The translations under genes and the position numbers were made by a program. From NCBI GenBank assembly GCA_964544635.1, contig CAZJCK010000003.1, positions 19,973-83,972 of the forward strand: a stretch of DNA of 64,000 nucleotides, written 5' to 3'. The notes under the pieces are model-generated. The model saw only the letters and a program-made list of their open reading frames with translations, ran no database searches and was not told the origin of the DNA. This DNA comes from an uncultured Ignavibacteriales bacterium. GTDB lineage: Bacteria; Zixibacteria; MSB-5A5; GN15; FEB-12. Shown here in pieces: positions 1 to 9,391 of the stretch (position 1 is the stretch's first letter; every line of letters starts with the position of its first letter).

Positions 1-1432
1 TGCTGTCACCAAGATTCATTTCGACGGCGGCCAGACACAGCGCGTTGACGAGCAGTTCGTCGGTGCCGGGCCGGTACACGAGGTTCTGGATGGTGATGTC
101 GTCGGTCTTCATCCGGTACGGATTCATCGACACGATTTTAGCGCCGAAGAAGTTGTACGCTTTGCGCATCCGCAAATATTCGTTGGGATGCTCGCGCAGC
201 AGGTCGGAGCCGAGCGTGACGATGACGTCGGAATCGTCGATGTCCTTGATGGTGAACGGGCGGCGGCAGAGTCTGCTGAAATCGGTGTCGTTGTCCGACG
301 GCAGCATCTTGTAGTCAAAGCGGTAGTCGATGTTGTTCGACTTCATGACCGTTCGCATGAACTTGTTGAACGTGTAGAGCGAAGCGTTGTCGAGGTTGGG
401 AGCGGCGAAACCACCGATACAGACCGAGCCTTCCTCGCCCTTGATATCCGAGATACGTTCGGCAATAAGGCTGAGGGCCTCGTCCCAGGTCGCCTCCACC
501 TGTTCGCCGCCCTTCTTGATGAGCGGTGTGGTGAGACGGTCGGGCGAGTTGATAACCTGGTAGCCGTAACGGCTGACATCCGGGATCCAACCGTCGTCGA
601 CGTCGTCGTTAGGTCGGGCGGTGGTACGGAAGATCTTGTTCTTGTGGGTTTCTTTCCAGAAGAGCGTGTTCAGCCCGGACGAAGTGTAATTGCAGATCGA
701 CGCGGTGGTGCTGGTAAGCCAGACGCGAATCTTGTATCGCCAATCGGTGTTGGTCAGGGCGCCGACAGGACAGATCTCGACCAGGTTGCCGGAGAACGGA
801 TTGTCGACCTGCCGTCCGGGAGCAGCGTTGATCTCGGTATGGTTACCGCGTTCGAAGGCGCCGAGGTCGTATTCGCCGAACGCTTCCTTGTTGGCGCGGA
901 CGCACTTGTAGCAAAGGATGCAGCGATTGCGGTTGAGAATGATCTCGGGGCCGATGCGGACATCGTCGAATGTCGTATGTTCGGCGCCCTCGACAAAGCG
1001 CATCTTATGGAAGTCGTAGCGGGAGTCGTCGTAACCATGGGCGAAGGTGAGGTCCTGGAGGTCGCACTCTCCCCCCTTGTCGCAGGTCGGGCAATCGAGC
1101 GGATGGTTGATGAGGGTGAACTCGATGATCGCTTTACGTCCCTGGCGAACGAGGTCGGAGTCGGTGTAGACGACCATACCGTCGGCCGCGGGAAGCGAGC
1201 AGGAGACCTGCAGCTTGGGCATCTTTTCGACCTCGACGTAGCACATGCGGCAGGCGCCGACCGGTTTCAGCTTGGGGTGCCAGCAGAAAGTGGGTACATC
1301 GATACCCAGCTTGTGTGCCGCTTCGAGGACCGTGGCGCCTTTGGGAACGGTCACTTCCCGGCCGTTGATGGACAGGGTGACGGTCGGTACCTGTGGTGCG
1401 ACGTCTTTAGTTTTAGTCGAGTCCGTAGCCAT
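1..1432 (-). CDS. nuoG: NADH-quinone oxidoreductase subunit G, N-terminal part (3' end beyond window edge)
   Basis: Absent from the ORF track because there is no stop in the window. My minus-strand translation from the ATG at 1432 gives MATDSTKTKDVAPQVPTVTLSINGREVTVPKGATVLEAAHKLGIDVPTFCWHPKLKPVGACRMCYVEVEKMPKLQVSC, a NuoG-type 2Fe-2S N-terminus. It starts 8 nt after the nuoF stop. Confidence 0.85.
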   Translation of the reverse strand, partial: MATDSTKTKDVAPQVPTVTLSINGREVTVPKGATVLEAAHKLGIDVPTFCWHPKLKPVGACRMCYVEVEKMPKLQVSCSLPAADGMVVYTDSDLVRQGRKAIIEFTLINHPLDCPTCDKGGECDLQDLTFAHGYDDSRYDFHKMRFVEGAEHTTFDDVRIGPEIILNRNRCILCYKCVRANKEAFGEYDLGAFERGNHTEINAAPGRQVDNPFSGNLVEICPVGALTNTDWRYKIRVWLTSTTASICNYTSSGLNTLFWKETHKNKIFRTTARPNDDVDDGWIPDVSRYGYQVINSPDRLTTPLIKKGGEQVEATWDEALSLIAERISDIKGEEGSVCIGGFAAPNLDNASLYTFNKFMRTVMKSNNIDYRFDYKMLPSDNDTDFSRLCRRPFTIKDIDDSDVIVTLGSDLLREHPNEYLRMRKAYNFFGAKIVSMNPYRMKTDDITIQNLVYRPGTDELLVNALCLAAVEMNLGDS

Positions 1433-1439
1433 AGTTGTC

Positions 1440-2777
1440 CTACCTCAGCGGGTAATGCGATTTCACCTTGCACGTACCGTGCTTGATATGGTGTTCCCAT
1501 TCATCCCGCCAGTGCTTTATCGCCGACTGGATCGGCATGACGGCGGCATCACCCAGCGGGCAGATGGTACGCCCGAGGATATTGCCGCAGACATCTTCAA
1601 TCTTCTCGATATCGCCCGGTTGCCCCTGGCCGTGCTCGATGCGATAGATCATCTGTTCGAGCCAGCCGGTGCCTTCGCGACAGGGGGTGCATTTGCCGCA
1701 CGACTCGTGCCGGAAGAAATAGATCAGCTTGTAGATGGTCCAGACGATGCAGGTTTCTTCGTGGAAGACGATGACGGCACCGGAGCCGAGCATCGAGCCG
1801 ACCTCGGTGAGGGATTCATAGTCGAGGCCGACATCGATCTGGTCCGGTGTCAAGAACGGCGTGGAGGCGCCGCCGGGGATGACGCCCTTGAGTTTCTTGT
1901 CGTCGAGGATGCCGCCGCCGTATTCCGGATCGTAGATCAATTTCTTGAGTGAAAAGCCAAGTTCGACTTCATAGTTGCCGGGTCGCTTGACGTGGCCCGA
2001 CAGCGAGAAGAGCTTGGTGCCGGCCGATTTCTCGGTGCCCATCGATTTGTACCAGGCCGCGCCATTATTGATGATATGCGGGACGGCGGCAAGCGATTCG
2101 ACGTTGTTGACGATGGTCGGGCAGGCCCAGAGGCCCTCGACGGCCGGGAAGGGCGGACGCATCCGCGACATGCCGCGTTCACCCTCGAGCGAATTGAGCA
2201 TGGCGGTTTCTTCACCGCAAATATAGGCGCCACCACCGGTGTGGATGACCATGTCGAGGTCGTAGCCGGAGCCATGGATGTTCTTGCCGAGGTGGCCGGC
2301 GTCGTAGGCTTCCTTCATGGCGGCTTCCATGCGTTCGATGCAATGGCCGAACTCACCCCGAATGTAGCAGAACATGAGGTGCGAGCCAATGGCGTAGGCT
2401 GCGATGGCCATGCCCTCGATGACTCCGTGGGGGTCGCGCTCCATGAGGACGCGGTCCTTGCAGGTACCCGGTTCCGATTCGTCGGCATTGCAGCACAGAT
2501 AGCGCGGCTTGGGGGAATCCTTGGGGACAAAGCCCCACTTCATGCCGGTGGGAAAACCGGCGCCGCCGCGACCGCGCAGACCGGAGGCCTTGACCTCGTC
2601 GATCACCTGGTCGGGCTTGAGTTCTTTGAGGCTCTTCTGCCAGGCGGTGTAGCCGCCGTGTTTGACATAGGTTTCGAGTTCGTGCTGGTGTTCGTCCTCG
2701 ACATACCTGAACAGGTGCAGCTTCTCGTTTTGGGCCGCCTCGGATGCGTTGGTTATGACCGGTGAGTAGAAACTCAT
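1440..2777 (-). CDS. nuoF: NADH-quinone oxidoreductase subunit F (NADH/FMN/4Fe-4S)
   Basis: 445 aa with GLRGRGGAGFPTG and ESCGKCTPCREG motifs. Sits in nuoA-G order. Confidence 0.95.
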   Translation of the reverse strand: MSFYSPVITNASEAAQNEKLHLFRYVEDEHQHELETYVKHGGYTAWQKSLKELKPDQVIDEVKASGLRGRGGAGFPTGMKWGFVPKDSPKPRYLCCNADESEPGTCKDRVLMERDPHGVIEGMAIAAYAIGSHLMFCYIRGEFGHCIERMEAAMKEAYDAGHLGKNIHGSGYDLDMVIHTGGGAYICGEETAMLNSLEGERGMSRMRPPFPAVEGLWACPTIVNNVESLAAVPHIINNGAAWYKSMGTEKSAGTKLFSLSGHVKRPGNYEVELGFSLKKLIYDPEYGGGILDDKKLKGVIPGGASTPFLTPDQIDVGLDYESLTEVGSMLGSGAVIVFHEETCIVWTIYKLIYFFRHESCGKCTPCREGTGWLEQMIYRIEHGQGQPGDIEKIEDVCGNILGRTICPLGDAAVMPIQSAIKHWRDEWEHHIKHGTCKVKSHYPLR

Positions 2778-3250
2778 GCTTTCGCCTTCAAGTCTTCAAG
2801 CAGCTTGTCAACTTTTTCCCGGGTGAGGTTTTCGTAGTAGTCGTTGTTCACCTGGATCATCGGTGCCGTGGAGCAGGAGCCAAGACATTCGACCGTAATG
2901 AGGGTGAAGAGATTATCCTTGGTCGTTTCACCCTTCTTGATATTGAGCTTTTCTTCGAGATACTCAACGAGCGAGTCGGCGCCCATGAGCGCACACGAAA
3001 TATTGTGGCAGACCTGCAGGAGGTATTTGCCGCGCGGCGCTTTGGCAAACATGGTGTAAAATGTAGCCGCCTCGGCGATTTCCGAGTACGGCACGTTGAT
3101 CGCCTTCGATACCTCGCGATATACCTCGTCATCGACATAGCCAAGCTGGCGGTAGGCGATGGTCAGCGCCGGCAGGATCGCGCCCTTGCGGCGCGGGTAG
3201 AGCTTGACCTTGGCCTTCATCTGCTTGACAGAATCTTCGGTCAGTATCAT
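2774..3250 (-). CDS. nuoE: NADH-quinone oxidoreductase subunit E (2Fe-2S)
   Basis: 158 aa with the CHNISC...ECLGSC cysteine pattern. Has 4-nt overlaps with both nuoD and nuoF. Confidence 0.93.
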   Translation of the reverse strand: MILTEDSVKQMKAKVKLYPRRKGAILPALTIAYRQLGYVDDEVYREVSKAINVPYSEIAEAATFYTMFAKAPRGKYLLQVCHNISCALMGADSLVEYLEEKLNIKKGETTKDNLFTLITVECLGSCSTAPMIQVNNDYYENLTREKVDKLLEDLKAKA

Positions 3251-4419
3251 CGATCAACTTCTCCCAGCACAATGTCAATGGAGCCGATAGCGCAGACAAC
3301 GTCGGAGAGCATCTTGCCCTCGACCAGTTTGGGCAGCGACGCCAGGTTGATGAAGGAAGGCGGTCGGACGCGGACGCGGTTGGGACGGTTGGTACCGTCG
3401 GAGGCAATGAAAAACCCGATTTCACCCTTGGGCGATTCCATTGCCTGGTAGACCGATCCGGGCGGCGACTTGAAGCCTTCAGTAATGATCTTGAAGTGGA
3501 AGATCATCGATTCCATCTTGTAGAGCACATCTTCCTTGGGCGGCAGCACCACGCCCGGAACGTGGGCACGGTACGGTCCCTCGGGCATACCGTCGATTGC
3601 CTGCTCGGCGATATTGAGCGACTGGCGCATCTCTTCGAGCCTGATGAGGTAGCGATCGTAGGCATCGCCGTTTTTGCCGAGCGGGACGGTAAAGTCGAAA
3701 TTTTCGTAGCCGGTGTACGGGAATGCCTTACGCACGTCGTAATCTACACCGCTGCCGCGCAGCATGGGGCCGGACAGCGACCAGTTGATGGCGTCCTCGG
3801 CCGAGATAACGGCCACATTTTTGGTGCGGTTGATGAAGATCTGGTTATTGGTCAGCAGGTCTTCGTACTCGTTGAGGCGCTGGCGGATCGTCTTGCAGAT
3901 CTCGCGCACTTTCTTGTCGAAACCGGGCGGCAGTTCTTTGGCAAGGCCGCCGATGCGGATATACGTGGTCATCATGCGCTGGCCGCCGCAGGCTTCGTAG
4001 ATGTCGATAATCAGTTCGCGTTCGCGGAAAGCGTACAGCAGCATCGACATGGCGCCCAGGTCGAGGGCGTGGGTACCGAGCCAGACGAGGTGCGAGTTGA
4101 TCCTGGTAAGCTCGGCAAGACAGACGCGCGCCCACTTGACTTTCTCCGGAACCTCGATCTCCATCAGTTTCTCGACAGCAAGGCAGAAACCGAGGTTGTT
4201 GGACATCGGCGCGAGATAGTCCATGCGGTCGGTGCAGGGGATCGCCTTGTAGTACAGCTTGCTCTCCATGGTCTTCTCGATACCGGTATGGAGATAGCCG
4301 ATGATCGGCCTGGCGCTGACCACGGTCTCACCGTCGACCTCAAGCTCGACGCGAAGCACACCGTGGGTCGACGGGTGCTGCGGGCCCATATTGATATGCA
4401 GGGTCTTGTTCTCGGCCAT
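3247..4419 (-). CDS. nuoD: NADH-quinone oxidoreductase subunit D
   Basis: 390 aa. N-terminus is INMGPQHPSTHGVLR and C-terminus is DIVLGEVDR, both typical of NuoD. Confidence 0.95.
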   Translation of the reverse strand: MAENKTLHINMGPQHPSTHGVLRVELEVDGETVVSARPIIGYLHTGIEKTMESKLYYKAIPCTDRMDYLAPMSNNLGFCLAVEKLMEIEVPEKVKWARVCLAELTRINSHLVWLGTHALDLGAMSMLLYAFRERELIIDIYEACGGQRMMTTYIRIGGLAKELPPGFDKKVREICKTIRQRLNEYEDLLTNNQIFINRTKNVAVISAEDAINWSLSGPMLRGSGVDYDVRKAFPYTGYENFDFTVPLGKNGDAYDRYLIRLEEMRQSLNIAEQAIDGMPEGPYRAHVPGVVLPPKEDVLYKMESMIFHFKIITEGFKSPPGSVYQAMESPKGEIGFFIASDGTNRPNRVRVRPPSFINLASLPKLVEGKMLSDVVCAIGSIDIVLGEVDR

Positions 4420-4970
4420 TACTTGATCACCTCGGGTGGATCATCCTTGTTCCATGAGAAAACGGGCTGCTCCCAGGTGAGCGGGAAGTCTTTGCGCAAC
4501 GGGTGACCGTCAAGTTCGTCCGGGGTCAGAATCTTGGTCAGGTCGGGGTGACCTTCGAAGGTAATGCCCATGAGGTCCCAAATCTCGCGCTCCATCCAGT
4601 TGGCGCCGGCAAAGACGGGGACGAGCGTATCGATGGTGGGGTTGTCCTCGGGCAGCCGGCAGCGGATGAAAAATCGATACTTGTGGCTTAAGGAAAGCAT
4701 GTTATAGACGACTTCGAAGCGGCCGTCTGCAGCGAACTCGGTATCGAGCCAGTCGCAGGAGGTAATGTCGGACAGCATCTTGACGTCGAGGTCGTCGTCT
4801 TCGACGAGGGCCTCGCAGACGTCGACTATGGCGTCCGGCTGAATATCGAACGACAGCTCGCCGCGGAATGTGGTAGTGCGGATGAGGCTGTCGCCAAAAC
4901 GCTTCTCGAAGAACTCCCTGAGCCTGGCTTCGATGGCGGGTGCTGTCTGTTGATGCGTCCCTTGTTCCAT
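4419..4970 (-). CDS. nuoC: NADH-quinone oxidoreductase subunit C
   Basis: 183 aa with NWMEREIWDLMGITFEGHPD, the NuoC signature region. Position between nuoB and nuoD. Confidence 0.9.
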   Translation of the reverse strand: MEQGTHQQTAPAIEARLREFFEKRFGDSLIRTTTFRGELSFDIQPDAIVDVCEALVEDDDLDVKMLSDITSCDWLDTEFAADGRFEVVYNMLSLSHKYRFFIRCRLPEDNPTIDTLVPVFAGANWMEREIWDLMGITFEGHPDLTKILTPDELDGHPLRKDFPLTWEQPVFSWNKDDPPEVIK

Positions 4971-5025
4971 TTTTCACAAAACCCGCCCACCGAAACGGTC
5001 GTTGCGGTGAGCTGAAGCTGTATCC

Positions 5026-5529
5026 TTACCCTACCTTACGTCCCCACTTCTCCGAGGAATCCTTCAGCGATTCCTTTTCAAGTTTTTCCTGCAGTTTGAG
5101 AATGCCCTGCATGAGTTGTTCCGGCCGCGGCGGACATCCGGGGACATAAATGTCGACCGGAATGATGCGGTCGACGCCCTGGAGAATAGCGTAATTGTTG
5201 AACACGCCGCCGCAGGAGGCACAGGCCCCCATGGAGATGACCCACTTGGGGTTGGGCATCTGGTCATAGAGTGTTCGCACGACCGGCGCCATTTTCATGG
5301 AGACGCGGCCGGCAACGATCATGAGGTCGGCCTGGCGCGGAGATGGCCGCAAGACTTCCATGCCCCAGCGGGCGAGGTCGAAGTGCGCGGAAAAGCTGGA
5401 GATCATCTCGATGGCGCAGCAGGCCAGACCAAAGCCCAGCGGCCACATGGAGCGTTTGCGCGCCCAGTTGACCATTTTGTCCAGGCTGGTCAGTATAATT
5501 GAGTCCGGAATCTTTTCTTCTAATCCCAT
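5026..5529 (-). CDS. nuoB: NADH-quinone oxidoreductase subunit B
   Basis: 167 aa with GLACCAIEM and GCPPRPE motifs. Confidence 0.95.
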   Translation of the reverse strand: MGLEEKIPDSIILTSLDKMVNWARKRSMWPLGFGLACCAIEMISSFSAHFDLARWGMEVLRPSPRQADLMIVAGRVSMKMAPVVRTLYDQMPNPKWVISMGACASCGGVFNNYAILQGVDRIIPVDIYVPGCPPRPEQLMQGILKLQEKLEKESLKDSSEKWGRKVG

Positions 5530-5876
5530 TTCAGCGCTCCTCGCCCCAGTTCGTAGGCGTAGCCTACCAGGATGACGGTTACAAAGATGGATATTGCGAG
5601 GAATCCATACATGCCCAGATCACGGGCGACGACCGCCCAGGGATACAGGAATATGACTTCGATGTCGAACAGAATGAACGAGATGGCGACCAGGTAGAAT
5701 TTTACAGAGACCGGGTCCTTGGTTGAACCGGACGGTTTCACGCCGCACTCGTACGGGTCGCCTTTGGCGCCCTGGCGGGTCCGTTTGCCGACGAACAGCG
5801 ACATGCCGGTAAAGGCGAGAGCCAGTACGGCAGCAAACAGGAACAAGAACAGGATCGGGTAGAAGGTCTCAAACAT
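5520..5876 (-). CDS. nuoA: NADH-quinone oxidoreductase subunit A
   Basis: 118 aa, three TM segments, PYECG and [12 protein letters not shown] motifs. First gene of the operon. Confidence 0.9.
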   Translation of the reverse strand: MFETFYPILFLFLFAAVLALAFTGMSLFVGKRTRQGAKGDPYECGVKPSGSTKDPVSVKFYLVAISFILFDIEVIFLYPWAVVARDLGMYGFLAISIFVTVILVGYAYELGRGALKWD

Positions 5877-5927
5877 GTGATGCGCTCAGTCTACTCTTCG
5901 GTTCAGGGCACGTGAAATAATTCCCCA

Positions 5928-5956
5928 ACTTTATGCGTTGTACGCAGTAATGTCAA
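5928..5956 (-). promoter_or_regulatory. Candidate sigma70-type promoter of the nuo operon
   Basis: On the minus strand: TTGACA (5956..5951), a 17-nt spacer, then TAAAGT (5933..5928). Lies about 50 nt upstream of the nuoA ATG. Confidence 0.4.
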
Positions 5957-5993
5957 GAAATATTGGCCGCTATGTGGCGGGGGCTAAAACCGG

Positions 5994-6458
5994 TCAGGAT
6001 TCGAATATCTCGAAGGTCTGCAAGCGGTCGGAACGGCTGATGATGCTGCCCAGAAGACCGCTGTCATACTGGCCATAGGCTGTGGAATAGCCGTAAAAGC
6101 GGAGCGACTTTTCGAGGGGATCAAAATCGAACCAGCCGCCGCCGGCGATGCTGACATCGGGATCAAAGATTCTCAGCAATTCACGGCGGCGAATCCAGGA
6201 TGCGGCAATCTCGCGTTGATCGCACAAGGCAGCAAGGATCTGGGCGTGGTATTTGTAATTTTCGATGTGGCCGAGGGCGAGAATCGACAGGCCGTTGTGC
6301 TCTACCAGCATGAATTTGCCGGTTCGCTTGTCGGATCCATCGTCGAGCACACCGGACAGGTCGACGACCTGGATATCTAAGCGTTGATCGGTGCTCAAGC
6401 CTGCCACTCCCCTATTCGTATGTGGTTGGAGAAGATCCAGCCACGGGTGCCTTTCCAT
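5994..6458 (-). CDS. Hypothetical protein (no recognisable motif)
   Basis: 154-aa ORF whose first 64 nt overlap the upstream PHP gene. A TTG at 6398 overlapping that gene's TGA (TTGA) is a more likely start, giving about 134 aa. Confidence 0.45.
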   Translation of the reverse strand: MERHPWLDLLQPHTNRGVAGLSTDQRLDIQVVDLSGVLDDGSDKRTGKFMLVEHNGLSILALGHIENYKYHAQILAALCDQREIAASWIRRRELLRIFDPDVSIAGGGWFDFDPLEKSLRFYGYSTAYGQYDSGLLGSIISRSDRLQTFEIFES

Positions 6459-7453
6459 GCTTCTACCCGAAAAATGCCCGATTGTTGCACGCCATATTCA
6501 AGTTCGGTGGTATCAGCGCTGACGATGGTCCGGCCGTTGTGGACAATGTTGATGCCGGCGCGTTCGGGCAGACAAACATGGAGGCGGGTGTTGTCGACCG
6601 AGGGCAGCTCGCCGCCGGAACAAACCACCCGGGCGCCCGACTGAGCCGTGAAACGGAAATCGTCGGCCTCCCCCCAGCGCATATTGCTGATGAAGACGCG
6701 GCAGTCGCGGAAAGCGTCGTAGAGTTGTGCTTTGGCGGTCGGGAAGTCGTCGCTCATCGGCCGGGGCAGAATGATGTGGGTGCGCAGGCTGCGGAAGTGC
6801 ACTTTGTAGGGGAAAATCTTCAGCGTGAACGGTCCGACTGAGACGGGAAACTCGTGGGCATCGACGCCGGCAATACCGACAACTTTGCGCGCCAGGTTCC
6901 ATTCGTCCCAGCGCTTGATGGTGACCGGCGCCGGGCCAATCATGGACTTGCGGGGCGAGAGTGACATCATCAGCTTGTTCCAGCGGGTCAGGCGTTCCAT
7001 CCACTCCGACATCTGGTTCCAGAGTTCGACACCGGTGAAACCGTCGACATTCCACTCGGTCCATGGATACGGCGGATACTGTGGCATCTGGGAACGGGTT
7101 TCGTCGGGATGAGCGATGATACCGATGGCGTTGTCTCTGGCGCCGGCGGCGACATAGTCTCTTGCAGCCATCTCTTCGGGGTAGACGTTCGGGGCGTCAA
7201 AGAGCAGGTAATGGTTTTCGTCAGCCGGGTCGTTGTGCTCGTAGCCGATGAGGACGAGGGTGTCGCCGTACTTGCCTTCGTGGCCGTCGTCACGGTGGAT
7301 CTGGGTCATGTGGTCGGTGATCATCATGAAGTCCAGTCCGGAGGAACGGCCGATATCGATCAGTTGCTCGATTTCGGCGGTACCGTCGGAGGCGGTGGTA
7401 TGCATATGTATGGCGCCGGAATAGTGATACCAGTCACCGACTCGTTTAGCCAT
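6395..7453 (-). CDS. PHP-domain metal-dependent phosphoesterase family protein
   Basis: HMHTTASDGT N-terminal PHP signature and ITDH motif. Start re-called to MAKRVGDWYH (ATG 7453), an 8-nt overlap with the MFS gene stop. The track start at 7501 is over-extended. Confidence 0.8.
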   Translation of the reverse strand: MAKRVGDWYHYSGAIHMHTTASDGTAEIEQLIDIGRSSGLDFMMITDHMTQIHRDDGHEGKYGDTLVLIGYEHNDPADENHYLLFDAPNVYPEEMAARDYVAAGARDNAIGIIAHPDETRSQMPQYPPYPWTEWNVDGFTGVELWNQMSEWMERLTRWNKLMMSLSPRKSMIGPAPVTIKRWDEWNLARKVVGIAGVDAHEFPVSVGPFTLKIFPYKVHFRSLRTHIILPRPMSDDFPTAKAQLYDAFRDCRVFISNMRWGEADDFRFTAQSGARVVCSGGELPSVDNTRLHVCLPERAGINIVHNGRTIVSADTTELEYGVQQSGIFRVEAWKGTRGWIFSNHIRIGEWQA

Positions 7454-8771
7454 CGTCGTGATACCTTGCTTGCGGCACTTTTCTGAAGAGGAACAGTCCA
7501 ACCAGCATCATAACAGCCAGCGACAACACGGCGATCTTGTACGGGACGACGTGGTAGTTGTCGGGGCTGACAGCCAATAGTTCGACAACAAATCGGCCGA
7601 GCGTTCGTTCCGCGTTGAAAAGATAAACGACGGCGGTCCAGACGAGTGGTCCGACGATGGCGGCGGCACGACCGGACAGGGAAAAGAGGCCGAAGAAACG
7701 CCCGAGCTCATCGCGCGGCACCAGTTCGCCGAGCATCGGCCGGGAGGTGGTCCACAAACCACCAAGGAGGATGCCGACCATAGAGCCGAGAATCCAGATG
7801 ATGGTCATGCTCTCGGCGAAAACAAAGACCAGCAGGGCGACTACCCAGCCGCCGACGATCAGCGCCAGCAACGGTTTGAGGTGCCAGCGCCGGGCAATGA
7901 AGCCGAGAACGAACGAGCCGACAACGGCGGAGATTGTTGATATAATGAGGAAGAAGGTTATTTCTGCTTCGGCCATGCCAAGAACAATTGAGCAGTAGAG
8001 GCCAATGTTAATGATCACGGTGGTGACGGCGTCCTCGAAGAAGTAGTCGGAGACCAGAAAGCGGAGCACACCGGGGTATTTTTTCGTCTGCTTGAGGCTG
8101 GTAACGACCTCGCGGTAGCCCTGCCGCATGGTGATCTGGCCCGCCTTTTGGACCGGGGCTTCGCGTACGAAGGTGAACAGCGGGATTGAGAAGAGGATAA
8201 ACAAGAGGGCAGTCGGAAGGAAGGCGGCCTCCTTTCCCCCACCCTCGATAAAGGGAATCTCGATGCCGAACAGGTCGCCGGTGACGAAAGGAAGGACGAC
8301 GGCCATACCGACGACGGAGCCGATGTAGCCGAAGGCGACACCGAAGCCGGAGACGAACCGGGCCTGGCGACCGGCAGCGACGGAGTACAGCAGGGCGTTG
8401 TAGAACGGCTGTGCGGCTTCGTATGCAAAGTTGGCAATGACGAACAGGAGGATGGTGCCGATGACGAACGAGCCGGGGACCAGCGACAGCAGGCCGGTGG
8501 CGGCGCAACAGGTAATGGTGAAGAGAAAGACGAACAATTTCTTCTTGGTCGAATAGTCGGAGACAGCGCCGAGGGCGGGCAGCAGGGCGGCGGCGAAAAT
8601 CATGGAGACGGCGTACGGGATATCATAGTAGCGGTCGTCGTAGCCGAGGTCTTCGACGATGTATCGCTTGAGATAAAGCGATATGATGTTCATCGAAAAG
8701 ATAGTGTTGGCGAAGTCGTAGAGCGACCAGCCGAGGACATCTTTTCGCCACAGCGCAGCGGTTTTATTCAT
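7446..8771 (-). CDS. MFS transporter (UMF1/Atg22-like type)
   Basis: 441 aa, about 12 TM segments. N-terminus is LGWSLYDFANTIFSMNIIS, as in UMF1-family MFS proteins. Confidence 0.8.
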   Translation of the reverse strand: MNKTAALWRKDVLGWSLYDFANTIFSMNIISLYLKRYIVEDLGYDDRYYDIPYAVSMIFAAALLPALGAVSDYSTKKKLFVFLFTITCCAATGLLSLVPGSFVIGTILLFVIANFAYEAAQPFYNALLYSVAAGRQARFVSGFGVAFGYIGSVVGMAVVLPFVTGDLFGIEIPFIEGGGKEAAFLPTALLFILFSIPLFTFVREAPVQKAGQITMRQGYREVVTSLKQTKKYPGVLRFLVSDYFFEDAVTTVIINIGLYCSIVLGMAEAEITFFLIISTISAVVGSFVLGFIARRWHLKPLLALIVGGWVVALLVFVFAESMTIIWILGSMVGILLGGLWTTSRPMLGELVPRDELGRFFGLFSLSGRAAAIVGPLVWTAVVYLFNAERTLGRFVVELLAVSPDNYHVVPYKIAVLSLAVMMLVGLFLFRKVPQARYHDDG

Positions 8772-8778
8772 GTCTCTT

Positions 8779-9339
8779 TTATAATCCGAGGCGATCGCGG
8801 ATAGTCAGCATGCCGTCACGAACGAGCAACAGAAACTCTTCGAGTTCCAGTCCCAAATGTGAGCATGCGGCCATGTTGTCGCGCGAGGCGCCGGCGGCGA
8901 AGCGTTTCTCATGAAAGCGCCGAATCATGAAGTCGGCATCGATGGCATCGAGTTTCTTGTCGGGATGCATCAGGGCGCAGGCGACGATAAAGCCGGTGGT
9001 CGGGTCGACACAGTAGAGCGCCCAGTCGAGCCTGGTTTCACACGAAATGTGGCCGGGGTGGGCATGGATGGCGTGCATCATATCGTCCGGCATATCGTAC
9101 TCTTCGAGCCATTCGCCGGTCACATAGGTGTGGCGCGGGTGGTCGTCCTTCGTTTCATGATAATCGAGATCGTGCAACAGACCGGTGAGGCCCCAGTACT
9201 CGATGTCCTCGCCCAGGTGTTCGGCCACTATGCGCATGCCGGCTTCGACCGCCAGGATATGCTTGAGCAGGTTATTCTCGCCGATTTTGTCGACGACGAG
9301 TTGACAGGCTTCATCGCGGGTCATGGGAAGTGTCGTCAT
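8779..9339 (-). CDS. HD-domain (HDIG-type) hydrolase
   Basis: LLKHILAVE...TGLLHDLDY (HD motif). Start re-called to MTTLPMTRDE (ATG 9339). The track's 319-aa version runs into the upstream barrel gene with S/T/P-rich nonsense. Confidence 0.8.
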   Translation of the reverse strand: MTTLPMTRDEACQLVVDKIGENNLLKHILAVEAGMRIVAEHLGEDIEYWGLTGLLHDLDYHETKDDHPRHTYVTGEWLEEYDMPDDMMHAIHAHPGHISCETRLDWALYCVDPTTGFIVACALMHPDKKLDAIDADFMIRRFHEKRFAAGASRDNMAACSHLGLELEEFLLLVRDGMLTIRDRLGL

Positions 9340-9391
9340 GAAGCCAAGGTACAATTGGGCGGAGCGGAGGTCAAGCAGGACTGGAACGGCA

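Noticed and set aside
188-1486. 432-aa plus-strand ORF at the left edge
   Set aside because: It is antisense to nuoG, whose N-terminus I translated directly. The sequence is low-complexity and V/G/D/A-rich.
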